Assembly (NCBI GenBank): GCA_002269645.1
Contig: NIVC01003582.1
Span: forward strand, 25,753-89,752
Direction: 5' to 3'
Origin: Macrostomum lignano
Lineage: Eukaryota
Length of the DNA: 64,000 nt
The number at the start of each line of letters is the position of its first letter. The first letter of the stretch is position 1. This document shows, piece by piece, positions 47,975 through 60,915 of the stretch. Under the pieces are notes generated by a model, which worked only from the letters and a program-made list of their open reading frames with translations, was not told the DNA's origin and made no database searches. A program made the position numbers and the translations under genes.

Positions 47975-49254
47975 CCATGCTGCATTGAAACGCTATACAT
48001 TGAAAGTCCCTCGCGACAAAGGTAGTTGTTTATAATTATGACCATATGTAAAAGTACTGTAAACTACTATCCAGAATTTTCAATATTTACAAATAATATT
48101 TTACAAGTCTTGAGCTACTTTTTAGCACAAAGTTGGACTATTCTAGAGCTGTAAAGAAAGCTTTATTTATTAAAACACGCAAACATAATTTTAAAGTTTG
48201 CCGCCCACACAGCAAGGGCCGCGCGCGGGCGAGAGCGAGCGAACTCGTACAGTACAGTTCAGCAGTTCGGTCGGGAAAAAACATTGAGTAGGCCTATCTG
48301 TATAATGACTGCAAGTCAAACATATTATGGTGACAAATTTGACCATTGGCATTGGGCATTGGTAATTATAAATATGAAACAACTCAATACCACCATAAAT
48401 AGACCTAGGGCCTTTTCATATTGCTTGTTCTGGTTCTAGAACTAGATCCAATTTGTAAAGTATAACTTTTTGTCTCCTGAACTAGAGGGATATAAGTGCT
48501 TTAAAGTTGTGATTATTGAATGGCAATAGCCAAGAAGAAAGTGAAAAATTGTGCAAAGTGAAGCTGTAAGGCAGTCAAACATTTAGCAAAGTTAAATAAA
48601 ATAGTTATACTGCTTTTTTTCTTAGAAGATCCAAATCGATTCTTGTTCTGGAATTGGTAATATGAAAAGCCCCCTATTCTCAATAAAATGATCCCATTCC
48701 CAAAAACCCCCTTTAGGTCTATAACTACGAATCTTTATACTTTTGTTCTTTTTTTATTTCTACACTAGAACTAAAACTATGAACAAGGACTTATATATAT
48801 ATATATTATATATATATAGTATAATTTTATGTCCATTTTTTATTAGATAGGGCCTATTTTAAATATATGCTGATAAAGAATGAGGATATGGTTGTAGTCT
48901 TGTAGGTAGCAGAAAATGAAGAACAATCATATATTATTTCATTGTGGCAATCAGTAGCAGATTTAGGGTGGAGGCATACAATGCGCACTTCCTGACTTCC
49001 CATCAATTTTTTTTCCTTAGGGTAATAGGCCTACATATTACACATAGACATAACATAATAGGCCTGCCTGTACATATACATTTACATGATATAAATTATT
49101 ATAAATGATTATAATACATATTCTGTTCAACCTTAGTAATTTGCACCCCCTCCCCATTCAAAATTTTCTAGATCTGCGCCTAGTGGCAATAATTAACATA
49201 TATCCCCAACCCCAAAATTTTACCCATCTGGTACAATTTAGTTTTGTCCAGATT

Positions 49255-49505
49255 TGCAACTTAGTTCCTCCCAATTGTGATTTAGTTCTTCCTAATTGCA
49301 ACTTACTTCCTTCCAATTGTGACTTACTTCCTCCCAATTGCAACTTAGTTCCCTCCGATTGCGACTTAATTTTTACTTTGTATATGACTTTTCTTGCCTT
49401 TTAGCCTTTTACTCTTTTCTTCTCTTTCTCTTTCTCTTTCCTCTTTCACCCCTCTCTTCTCTTTCCTTTCTTTTCCTTTTCTCATCCTCTCCTTTCTTCC
49501 CCCAA
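49255..49505. repeat. 21-bp repeats followed by a CT-rich tract
   Basis: About 5 copies of CTTAGTTCCTCCCAATTGTGA/GCAA, then a TC-rich run. Confidence 0.75.
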
Positions 49506-51448
49506 TTTTTTGTGTTTTGCATTTTCAATTTTGCAACTTACCTTGGCCAGCAGCCATTTTACCCATTTAGTTTTGATGGGTTAGACGGGTGTTAGGCATG
49601 CATGATACTTAGTATATACTTAAAATTTCATTGTCATTTTTATTATTAAAAGAAAAAATAGGCAAACAAGATTATTGGTTGACTAGACATTTTGTCAATT
49701 AGGCATTATGGCAATTCAGCAAATTATAGCTGATTATCATAGCTATACCACTGTACTAGCCAGAGTATATGAGAAATAGTAATATAATGTCAAATTTGTA
49801 AAAAATATGTATATTTCTTGGAAGTAAATTTTTGTTGAAATGTTTGGTCCTCAATTTTGCACCTTAGGGTTGCATCATGCAGCTGAAAAATGTTGGCAAG
49901 TGTCAGCAAGCTCCAAAATACCCTTTTTGCCAAAAGTGTATCAATGATGATTATAGACTAGGCCTAGACTGTATTAGCTATAGGAAATTGTTTTAATTAT
50001 GCCTGCAACACTGGTTTGATACTCCAGGCATTCCTTAAATATTAAATAAGTGATATATAAAAGAGGGTGCACTAAGTTCTGATCAATAATAACTAATAAC
50101 AATTGTATTTAGATTTAATTAGTCATTCAGTGCAGATAAATGGCTAACAAGCTAATATGTCAAACAATAATTTTGGCTTAAACCAAATGTCTAGTTGCTA
50201 TAATGCCTAGTTGACAAATGCTGATTGACAAAATGCCAGTTGATAAAAAGTCCTGGAACCAATTATTGCATCTAATCTTGAAATTTAACCTATTTAAAAA
50301 AGCTTACATACACTAGACAGTTGCTAATTCCAATTCTAACATCAATGTGTTGATAGAGTCCTTAGCTTCAAAAGCTTAAACTAAGCTTATAAATCATTTT
50401 TTATTTTTCAAGTTTAGTAGAAGCAGGTATAGTTATAGCTAATAGCTATTTGGTCACTAAATTCAAAATAAAAAATATAGAAAAACACATCGAGAAATGT
50501 GCTAGTCATAGCACTATTTTTCAAATATCTATATTTTAATAATAATGGTTTTTATATTGTCTTGAACCTAGGTTTAAATTATAGCACTTTTTGACAAATT
50601 CTAATGGCATAAAATATACTAAACAAAGTATAACATGCCCATAGTCTAGTCTTGATTTTCTAGCATAGAGCAATAATATATATAACATTTTATAAAACCT
50701 CTTCTTTAGTTATTGGTTGCTCTAGAGTTTCAATTCAACTTGGTGCTCAAAGTCTTATAGTTCAAAAACAATAAAGGGATATATCATATAGCCTTTTCTT
50801 GGGTTTGTTTCTATCTATTTGGCTTATAGCTTTTTATCATATAGGAGTTAATAGTCAATCCTAAAGGCAGAGGTTCATTTTTATAGCCACTTTCATAGTC
50901 AAACATACCAATTACCAGTGTTAACATGCTTGAAAGTCAATATTTTTTGGTTGGGTTAATATTAGTCTCCTTGGTATTGGTATTATTCTTTGAAAGTTTG
51001 AATTCTTTAGTTGATGATTATAACAATGACTAGCCTACTATCTAAGTAATTACTGAACCTGCTCTTTAATTACTAAATTACTGAACCTATATTCTCTTTT
51101 TGAACTTAGGATTTTGTACTTGTTAGTAATAATCATCTTATTGGCATAGTACTACATACTACATGTATTGCTATTCCATTGAAACTGCTTACTGTTAACA
51201 TTAGCAACATTAGCAATCATGCAAATAATGGGCCAGTTGCATTACATTTGCTTTTAGCTATTGCAGCTTTATCAATTATTTGCAAGTAGCATTGCTTTGT
51301 TGTTAGACTTTTTGGCTGCATTTATATATTTTATCTTAACAATTTAACATCCTTTTGATAAAGCAAAGGCAAGTGTTATCACTGTTATTAACATTTGGTA
51401 CCACAGTGCTATGTTGTTGGTTAGTTTAGCATTATTAGTGCATCTGTT

Positions 51449-52204
51449 GGAGGTTGATAGCCCTCACAGATGGTTATCTAGCTGTTGGTCAAGTGTCTAT
51501 ACTTGTATGCTATTGGTTCCCTATCATTGGCTGACTAGTAGTAGGAGGTTGACAGCCCTCACAGATGGTCATCCAACTGTTGGTCAAGTGTCTATACTCG
51601 TATGCTATTGGTTCCCTATCATTGGCTGACTAGTAGTAGGAGGTTGACAGCCCTCACAGATGGTCATCCAACTGTTGGTCAAGTGTCTATACTCGTATGC
51701 TATTGGTTCCCTATCATTGGCTGACTAGTAGTAGGAGGTTGACAGCCCTCACAGATGGTCATCCAACTGTTGGTCAAGTGTCTATATTCGTATGCTATTG
51801 GTTCCCTATCATTGGCTGACTAGTAGTAGGAGGTTGACAGCCCTCACAGATGGTCATCCAACTGTTGGTCAAGTGTCTATACTCGTATGCTATTGGTTCC
51901 CTATCATTGGCTGACTAGTAGTAGGAGGTTGATAGCCCTCACAGATGGTCATCCAACTGTTGGTCAAGTGTCTATACTCGTATGCTATTGGTTCCCTATC
52001 ATTGGCTGACTAGTAGTAGGAGGTTGACAGCCCTCATAGATGGTCATCCAACTGTTGGTCAAGTGTCTATACTCGTATGCTATTGGTTCCCTATCATTGG
52101 CTGACTAGTAGTAGGAGGTTGACAGCCCTCATAGATGGTCATCCAACTGTTGGTCAAGTGTCTATACTCGTATGCTATTGGTTCCCTATTGTTGGCTGAC
52201 TAGT
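51449..52204. repeat. 95-bp tandem repeat, about 8 copies
   Basis: GGAGGTTGA recurs at 51449, 51544, 51639 and onward. Confidence 0.95.
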
Positions 52205-53561
52205 CCTCAAAGTCAGTTAGCTATTAATGTCAAAGCTTAAGCTAGGGGTTCACTGCTAGTTGCTTACTTTGGCAGCTTCTATCTAAGCCTTCTCTAGGCA
52301 TTCAATATCATCTTCTAGCCCTCTTTTCTTGCTTTTCTTAAGTGCATTTATATAAGCTCTATCACCACTAGCATGATAATGGCTTGGCTTCATTGCCACT
52401 AGCATGTACAATATAGAATCTGGTATATAGAATAATGCTGCACAGCAACAAAATTAAGCATATCTGAGGCCTCCTAAATCTTTTATAGTTCTTTTTTAAT
52501 AAGCTTTTTAATTGCAATGCTATTATAAACACTAGGAGGCCATTTTTATAGTAGCTTTCAGATAGATACTTTTAAGAATGCTTGAGCCTTCCTTTTCCAG
52601 CAGAGATTTCCAAATAAAATAAAATATCTTATTGAATCATGTGAACTTCTTTAATGTAGAAAATATCATAACCTTGGAGCATTGTATTGGAATTGAGTAA
52701 ATTAATTTTTGGTACTTCTTGGTAAAAAGAACTTATTGTATTCCAATAGTCTTTTAAGTCAGTTAGCTGTCAATTAGTCAATATCAAAGCTCAAGCTAGG
52801 GGTTCACTGCTAGCTGCTTACTTTGGTCCTTGTTGGTAGCTTCCATCTAAGCTTTCTCTAGGCATTCAATATCATCTGGCCTTCTAGAGAGGCCATCAAC
52901 ATTTTATTGCTGACCTGATCTGCAGTGCTAGATTTTGATATAAAATTTGCCAAGTCTTAGAGTAGTGGTATATTCTGTCCACAACTTCCAATATTTGTAG
53001 ATGACTAACACCTCACAATAAAAATATAACTATGAGCTGCAAACCAAGAAAGCACAATGGGGCATGCATCTGATCAGACCAAGTTTCTACTGTCTTAGAT
53101 AAATGCTCGTAGTACTGCAACTCAACAGGTAAAGACTGGTAAAGGTTGGTTTGCAATGCGCTTTGGAGTAGATCAAATTGTTATTCACTATAAATGATTC
53201 AATTGTAAGCCTCTTTTAAGCTGATAAACATTAAATTTTCAGTAGGCTTTTTTTAAGTTAGTAAAAATTAGCCACATCATTTTGGTGACCATAGGCCTAT
53301 ATAGACCAAATTAATGCCATTGCACTTGGAATTGAATCTAGGCCACTGGCACATCAGAGTGCTACCTACACTAGACCACTTAGGCTATGCCCCCCTGCAC
53401 TTTAATTTCTACAACTAATTGAATTAAGAATGAGTAATTTTATGTAAGAATTTAAGTATTTCTGTTTATTCTTATTAGATTTTTCGCTTTTGGTGTAGAC
53501 CCTAGCACTTGCAATTATTGTAGGAATATTTTAGTCTATCATGGTTATGAGTACTTTTTGA

Positions 53562-54552
53562 TAGAGCCTGCATTTGGTCACTGCAGTCAGCAGTACTCAA
53601 TATAGAGCCTGTATTTGGTCACTGCAGTCAGCAGTACTCAATATAGAGCCTTCATTTGGTCACTGCAGTCAGCAGTACTCAATATAGAGCCTGCATTTGG
53701 TCACTGCAGCCAGCAGTACTCAATATAGAGCCTGCATTTGGTCACTGCAGCCAGCAGTACTCAATATATAGAGCCTGCATTTGGTCATTGCAGCCAGCAG
53801 TACTCAATATAGAGCCTGCTTTTGGTTACTGCAGTCAGCAGTACTCAATATATAGAGCCTGCATTTGGTCACTGCAGCCAGCAGTACTCAATATATAGAG
53901 CCTGCATTTGGTCACTGCAGCCAGCAGTACTCAATATATAGAGCCTGCATTTGGTCACTGCAGCCAGCAGTACTCAATATAGAGCCTGCATTTGGTCACT
54001 GCAGTCAGCAGTACTCAATATAGAGCCTGCATTTGGTCACTGCAGTCAGCAGTACTTAATATAGAGCCTGCATTTGGTCACTGCAGTCAGCAGTACTCAA
54101 TATAGAGCCTGCATTTGGTCACTGCAGCCAGCAGTACTCAATATAGAGCCTGCATTTGGTCACTGCAGCCAGCAGTACTCAATATAGAGCCTGCATTTGG
54201 TCACTGCAGCCAGCAGTACTCAATATAGAGCCTGCATTTGGTCACTGCAGCCAGCAGTACTCAATATAGAGCCTGCATTTGGTCACTGCAGTCAGCAGTA
54301 CTCAATATAGAGCCTGCATTTGGTCACTGCAGTCAGCAGTACTCAATATAGAGCCTGCATTTGGTCACTGCAGCCAGCAGTACTTAATATAGAGCCTGCA
54401 TTTGGTCACTGCAGTCAGCAGTACTCAATATAGAGCCTGCATTTGGTCACTGCAGCCAGCAGTACTCAATATAGAGCCTGCATTTGGTCACTGCAGCCAG
54501 CAGTACTCAATATAGACCCTGCATTTGGTCACTGCAGCCAGCAGTACTTAAT
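53562..54552. repeat. 41/43-bp minisatellite, about 24 copies
   Basis: The unit is TAGAGCCTGCATTTGGTCACTGCAGCCAGCAGTACTCAATA. Confidence 0.95.
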
Positions 54553-54595
54553 AAGTTCCACTTCAATTGGTTTCCCACTCCAGCCAATCGAGCTC

Positions 54596-57500
54596 ATGGA
54601 AGCGGAGGACAGCTCGAACGGACGCCCAGATCGAACCTGCTTAGTGTGCTCAAAAAGCTTCAAGTACCCCAGTCAGCTGCGATTGCACCAGAGCGTGCAC
54701 TCGCTTGCGCGTCCGTTTCCTTGCGATGAGTGCGGGCGCACTTTTAAATACGCGTCGACGCTGAGCGAGCACAAGCTCATTCACGCCGCCGACTCGAAGC
54801 CGTTCGTGTGCGGCGTCTGCGGACGGGGCTTTGCTTATCGCGGCAACTACCGGGCCCACGCTGCAGTGCACGCCGATATTGACAAGCGGGAGCGCCGGTT
54901 CCGATGCGATCAGTGTGTACTTTTTATTTTAATATGACCGGCTAATAGCCGGCTATTGTGCGGTAGGTTTGATTAGAGTTTGTTGTTATGCCGTGTCAGC
55001 TATTAGATTTGTCATATGAGATTTGCCAGTCACGAGAATTATCAGCTATGTCTTGAGATTTGTCAGTCATGAGAATTATCAGCTATGAGATTTGTTGTCT
55101 ATAAGATCTGTCAGCTATGAGATGCGTTAGCTATGAGATTTGTCAGCTATGAGATTTGTCAGCTATGGGATTTGTCAGCTATGAGATGTGTTAGCTATGG
55201 ATTTGTCAGCTATAAAATTTGTCAGCTATGAGATGTGTTAGCTATGAGATTTGTCAGCTATGAGATTTGTCAGCTATGAGATTTGTCAGCTATGAGATTT
55301 GTCAGCTATGAGATGTGTCAGCTATTAGATGTGTCAGCTATTAGATTTACATATGAGATTTGTCAGTCACAAGAATTATCAGCTATGACTTGAGATTTGT
55401 CAGTCATGAGAATTATCAGCTATGAGATTTGTTGTCTATAAGATCTGTCAGCTATGAGATTTGTCAGCTATAAAATTTGTCAGCTATGAGATGTGTTAAC
55501 TATGAGATTTGTCAGCTATGAGATTTGTCAGCTATAAGATTTGTCAGCTATGAGATGTGTCAGCTATTAGATTTACATATGAGATTTGTCAGTCACAAGA
55601 ATTATCAGCTATGACTTGAGATTTGTCAGTCATGAGAATTATCAGCTATGAGATTTGTTGTCTATGAGATCTGTCAGCTATGAGATGTGTTAGCTGTGAG
55701 ATTTGTCAGCTATAAAATTTGTCAGCTATGAGATGTGTTAGCTATGAGATTTGTCAGCTATGAGATTTGTCAGCTATGAGATTTGTCAGCTATTAGATTT
55801 ACATATGAGATTTGTCAGTCACAAGAATTATCAGCTATGACTTGAGATTTGTCAGTCATGAGAATTATCAGCTATGAGATTTGTTGTCTATAAGATCTGT
55901 CAGCTATGAGATTTGTCAGCTATAAAATTTGTCAGCTATGAGATGTGTTAACTATGAGATTTGTCAGCTATGAGATTTGTCAGCTATAAGATTTGTCAGC
56001 TATGAGATGTGTCAGCTATTAGATTTACATATGAGATTTGTCAGTCACAAGAATTATCAGCTATGACTTGAGATTTGTCAGTCATGAGAATTATCAGCTA
56101 TGAGATTTGTTGTCTATGAGATCTGTCAGCTATGAGATGTGTTAGCTGTGAGATTTGTCAGCTATAAAATTTGTCAGCTATGAGATGTGTTAGCTATGAG
56201 ATTTGTCAGCTATGAGATTTGTCAGCTATGAGATTTGTCAGCTATTAGATTTACATATGAGATTTGTCAGTCACAAGAATTATCAGCTATGACTTGAGAT
56301 TTGTCAGTCATGAGAATTATCAGCTATGAGATTTGTTGTCTATAAGATCTGTCAGCTATGAGATTTGTCAGCTATAAAATTTGTCAGCTATGAGATGTGT
56401 TAACTATGAGATTTGTCAGCTATGAGATTTGTCAGCTATAAGATTTGTCAGCTATGAGATGTGTCAGCTATTAGATTTACATATGAGATTTGTCAGTCAC
56501 AAGAATTATCAGCTATGACTTGAGATTTGTCAGTCATGAGAATTATCAGCTATGAGATTTGTTGTCTATAAGATCTGTCAGCTATGAGATGCGTTAGCTA
56601 TGAGATTTGTCAGCTATGAGATTTGTCAGCTATGGGATTTGTCAGCTATGAGATGTGTTAGCTATGAGATTTGTCAGCTATAAAATTTGTCAGCTATGAG
56701 ATGTGTTAGCTATGAGATTTGTCAGCTATGAGATTTGTCAGCTATGAGATTTGTCAGCTATAAGATTTGTCAGCTATGAGATGTGTCAGCCATTAGATTT
56801 ACATATGAGATTTGTCAGTCACAAGAATTATCAGCTTTGACTTGAGATTTGTCAGTCATGAGAATTATCAGCTATGAGATTTGTTGTCTATAAGATCTGT
56901 CAGCTATGAGATGCGTTAGCTATGAGATTTGTCAGCTATGAGATTTGTCAGCTATGGGATTTGTCAGCTATGAGATGTCAGCTATGAGATGTCAGCTATG
57001 AGATGTCAGCTATAAGAGTTTTCAGCAATGAGATTTTGCCAGCTCTGCGATCTGTCAAAGATTTGCAAGCAGCACTAGTAAAATGTGTCAGTCCTGAGTC
57101 ATGAAAGGAGGCATGAAAGTGGGCCCAGGACGGACCAACCTAGGCCTCTTTTTAAGTTTGATCGGACTTAATTAATTAAAAAATTATTCTATTCTCATAA
57201 AAGTAAGCTGAAAGTCCACTGTTCCTTGGTTCAGTCCAGCATCCCAACCCAAATTGTATTGCGACATTTGCACCGCCACCAACAGGTGCCCAGCCGCTTA
57301 TTTGCACCGGTCTCACCTGCACGAGCACATCGCGGCGAAGCATTTGCAGTTGCTACAATCGGCTAGCCAGAATCCGGAAGCGGAAGTGGCTGAATCTCAG
57401 CCGGATGCAGCTGCGGAGCCGGCTGCCGAAGCACCCAAAGGCCTGTTTGAATGCGGCATGTGCGGCAAGGCGTACAGGTACCGGAACTCGCTGCTGGAGC

Positions 57501-59635
57501 ATCAGCGAGGTCACCGGAAACAGAGGCGGCTGCGGCGGGTGAGGCTTGACCAGATTTCAGATATGAGATTCTTAGATATGAGATGTGTCAGTTTAGATAT
57601 GAGATTTGTCAGCTTAGATATGATATTTGTCAGCTTGATACCAAAGTGTCAGCTTGATACCAGAATGTCAGCATGGATACCAGAATGTCAGCATAGATAC
57701 CAGAATGTCAGCATAGATACCAAAATGTCAGCATAAATACCAGAATGTCAGCATAGATACCAGAATGTCAGCATAGATACCAGAATGTCAGCAAGAATGT
57801 CAGCATAGATGCAAGAATGTCAGCATAGATACCAGAATGTCAGCATAGATACCAGAATATCAGCATAGATACCAGAATGTCAGCATACATACCAGAATGT
57901 CAGCATAGATACCAGAATGTCAGCATAGATACCAGAATGTCAGCATAGATACCAGAATGTCAGCATACATACCAGAATGTCAGCATAGATACCAGAATGT
58001 CAGCAAGAATGTCAGCATAGATACCAGAATGTCAGCATAGATACCAGAATGTCAGCAAGAATGTCAGCATAGATACCAGAATGTCAGCAAGAATGTCAGC
58101 ATAGATACCATTATGTAAAGGTACTGTCTAATACACCAGATCAAATATCTTCATTCCCTCCGCAGCCGCTGAAGTGCACCGTCTGCCACGTAATCTTTGA
58201 TGACGTTTTCAAGCTGCGTCAACACGTCGAACTGGACGACGCGCCGGAGAATGCCCGCCGTCACGTGTGCTGCAAGTGCGGGCGCGCCTTCTTGCGCCGC
58301 TGCTATCTGGCGCTGCACGTGGCCGGCGCGCACAAATTCAAACGACGCCACAACTGCCAGCTGTGCGGCAAGTCGTTTCTATTGTTAAAATGCCTCCGCC
58401 AGCACCAGGCCTGGGTGCATGCCGACGGTCTGTGCGGAACTGTGCGGACTGCGGCCGGCAGATCAGAGGCGGCGCCGCTGGCATGCGCGCCCACGCTGCC
58501 ACTCACGCTTGGCGACTGCGGCTGCAGCAGGAAGAGGACAAGGCTGCCGAGGCTTGGTCAGTGTGATGTCACTCGGGCTCGCCTCTGACTGACTGACTCA
58601 CTGACTGACACACTGACTGACTCACTGACTGACATACTGACTCACTGACTCACTGACTCACTGACTGACTAACTGACTGACATACTGACTGACATACTGA
58701 CTGACTGACTCACTGACTGACTCACTGACTGACACACTGACTGACTCACTGACTGACATACTGACTCACTGACTGACTGACTGACTCACTGACTCACTGA
58801 CTGACATACTGACTCACTGACTGACTCACTGACTCACTGACTGACATACTGACTCACTGACTCACTGACTGACTCACTGATTGACTCACTGACTGACACA
58901 CTGACTCACTGGCTGACATACTGACTCACTGACTGACATACTGACTCACTGACTCACTCACTCACTGACTCACTCACTCACTCACTCACTCACTCTGACT
59001 GACTGAGTCACCAACTCACCCCATCTCTCTCGAACGCATTTCAGCCGAACTCGCCAGCAAGAGAAACTGTTTAAAAAGCAATTAAGGGAGAAGAAGAAGA
59101 CAAACAAGAAGAAAAGCACAGAAAAGGAGAACGAAACGCCCGTGTCGCGATTTCGTTGCGACGCCTGCTTCAAGGAGTTTCCTCGACTGTTCAATCTGCA
59201 GCGCCATCAGCGTCGGGTTCACGACCGGCCTCCTGCCCGCGGCGACGGCAGCGCGCAGCAACGCCGTCGCTCATCGTCCTCCAATAGCGAGGCAAGACCC
59301 TTCAAGTGCGAAGCTTGTGGCAAAGATTTCCGTTGGGAGCGCAATTTGAAGGCTCACTCGATTGCACTGCATGGCGAAGGCGATCGGCCGGTTGAGAACT
59401 CATTTCAATGCGGCCAGTGCGACAAGGTCTTCCCCACGAGGGCGAGGCTGGACACTCACAGCCGGTCGCATTACAGCGCTCGGCCATTCGGCTGCAACCA
59501 GTGCGACGCGCCTACAAGCACAAGAAGAACCTGGTGGCCCACGTTCTGCGGTGCCACAGTGGGCTGGATCGGCAGGGTGATGCCGCCGGTGACTCCAGCG
59601 ACTCCACTTCGGAGGGGAACTCGGATGATGAGTGA
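54596..59635 (+). CDS. Multi-C2H2 zinc-finger protein (about 13 fingers), 4 exons, with two 1-nt frameshifts
   Basis: Exons are 54596-54912, 57286-57538, 58166-58556 and 59045-59635, all GT-AG and phase compatible. Fingers include CLVC..H..H, CDEC, CGVC, CDQ|C, CGMC, CCKC, CQLC, CADC, CDAC, CEAC, CGQC and CNQC. Indels lie near 58425 and 59507. Confidence 0.8.
55000..57030. repeat. 16-bp satellite organised into 226-bp higher-order repeats
   Basis: The monomer is TGTCAGCTATGAGATT. The marker TTTACATATGAG occurs at 55346, 55572, 55798, 56024, 56250, 56476 and 56798. Confidence 0.95.
57560..58110. repeat. 20-bp minisatellite preceded by 16/17-bp-type units
   Basis: The unit is ATACCAGAATGTCAGCATAG. 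Confidence 0.95.
58587..59010. repeat. (ACTG)n/(ACTC)n compound microsatellite (intronic)
   Basis: CTGA/CTCA tetramers with CATA and CACA variants. Confidence 0.95.
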
Positions 59636-60280
59636 CTCTGAGTGTTTTAGTGAATCCGAGTGTGACTTTGAGTGTTTTAGTGAATCCGAGTGTGACTTTG
59701 AGTGTTTTAGTGAATCCGAGTGTGACTTTGAGTGTTTTAGTGAATCCGAGTGTGACTTTAGGTGTTTTAGTGAATCCGAGTGTGACTGGGTGTTTTGGTG
59801 GATCCGAGTGTGACTTTGAGTGTTTTAGTGAATCCGAGTGTGACTTTGAGTGTTTTAGTGAATCGAGTGTGACTTTGAGTGTTTTAGTGAATCCGAGTGT
59901 GACTTTGAGTGTTTTAGTAAATCCGAGTGTGACACTGAGTTGAGTGAATCCGAGTGTGACTCTGAGTGTTTTAGTGAATCCGAGTGTGACTCTGAGTGTT
60001 TTAGTGAATCCGAGTGTGACTCTGAGTGTTTTAGTGAATCCGAGTGTGACTCTGAGTGTTTAGTGAATCCGAGTGTGACTTTGAGTGTTTTACTGAATCC
60101 GAGTGTGACTTTGAGTGTTTTAGTGAATCCGAGTGTGACTTTGAGTGTTTTAGTGAATCCGAGTGTGACTTTGAGTGTTTTAGTGAATCCGAGTGTGACT
60201 TTGAGTGTTTTAGTGAATCCGAGTGTGACTTTGAGTGTTTTAGTGAATCCGAGTGTGACTCTGAGTTGAGTGAATCCGGT
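59631..60280. repeat. 30-bp minisatellite, about 21 copies
   Basis: The unit is TTTAGTGAATCCGAGTGTGACTTTGAGTGT. Confidence 0.95.
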
Positions 60281-60915
60281 TGTCGTACAGAAACTTTAGC
60301 TACCTTTACTGTATTCAATAATCAAGTCGGATTGGGTATTTTTTAATATTCAGTGCAATAACATTTAACTTACACTTAAATTCTCTTTACCTAGTTAAAG
60401 TTCGTGGCAAGTTTCTTTATTTTTCGTTTCATATTACTCAATTCAGTAGTCTGCTTGAGAGGCTTGTTGAAGCATTCTGTTTTCCTTTCCATCTCTTTGA
60501 AACTTGGACACACAATATCCCAGGCTATGAGCGTCATACGTCTGTGGGTTTTTTATTTCCTATATTTCTGCGCTAACATCTTTTTGCTATTAATAAATGG
60601 TTGTTCAACTGTCAGCTTTTTAAGACAGGCATTTCATTACGAATTTTGGTGCACTTATTCTACCAATTGCTTAAAAGTATGGTTTTATTTATTTATGAAA
60701 CACCTTGTACTCGTAGCTAAAGTGGCTCTACTTAAGTAGTATGAGCTGTTGTTACTTTCTATAGTTTTATAATTTGAAGTGAAATTATCGGGTGCTAAAC
60801 ATGCGATAGAAGATACTGATTGTCATAAGTACAGAACATTACAGACAGTAGTATATAGAGTATTGCCGGTTCCATGATCAGTTATTATTAGCTAAGTTTC
60901 TTCCAATATTCTACC

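Noticed and set aside
60404-60739. 111-aa hydrophobic ORF
   Set aside because: AT-rich sequence with a GTG start and no motif; the hydrophobicity reflects T-richness.
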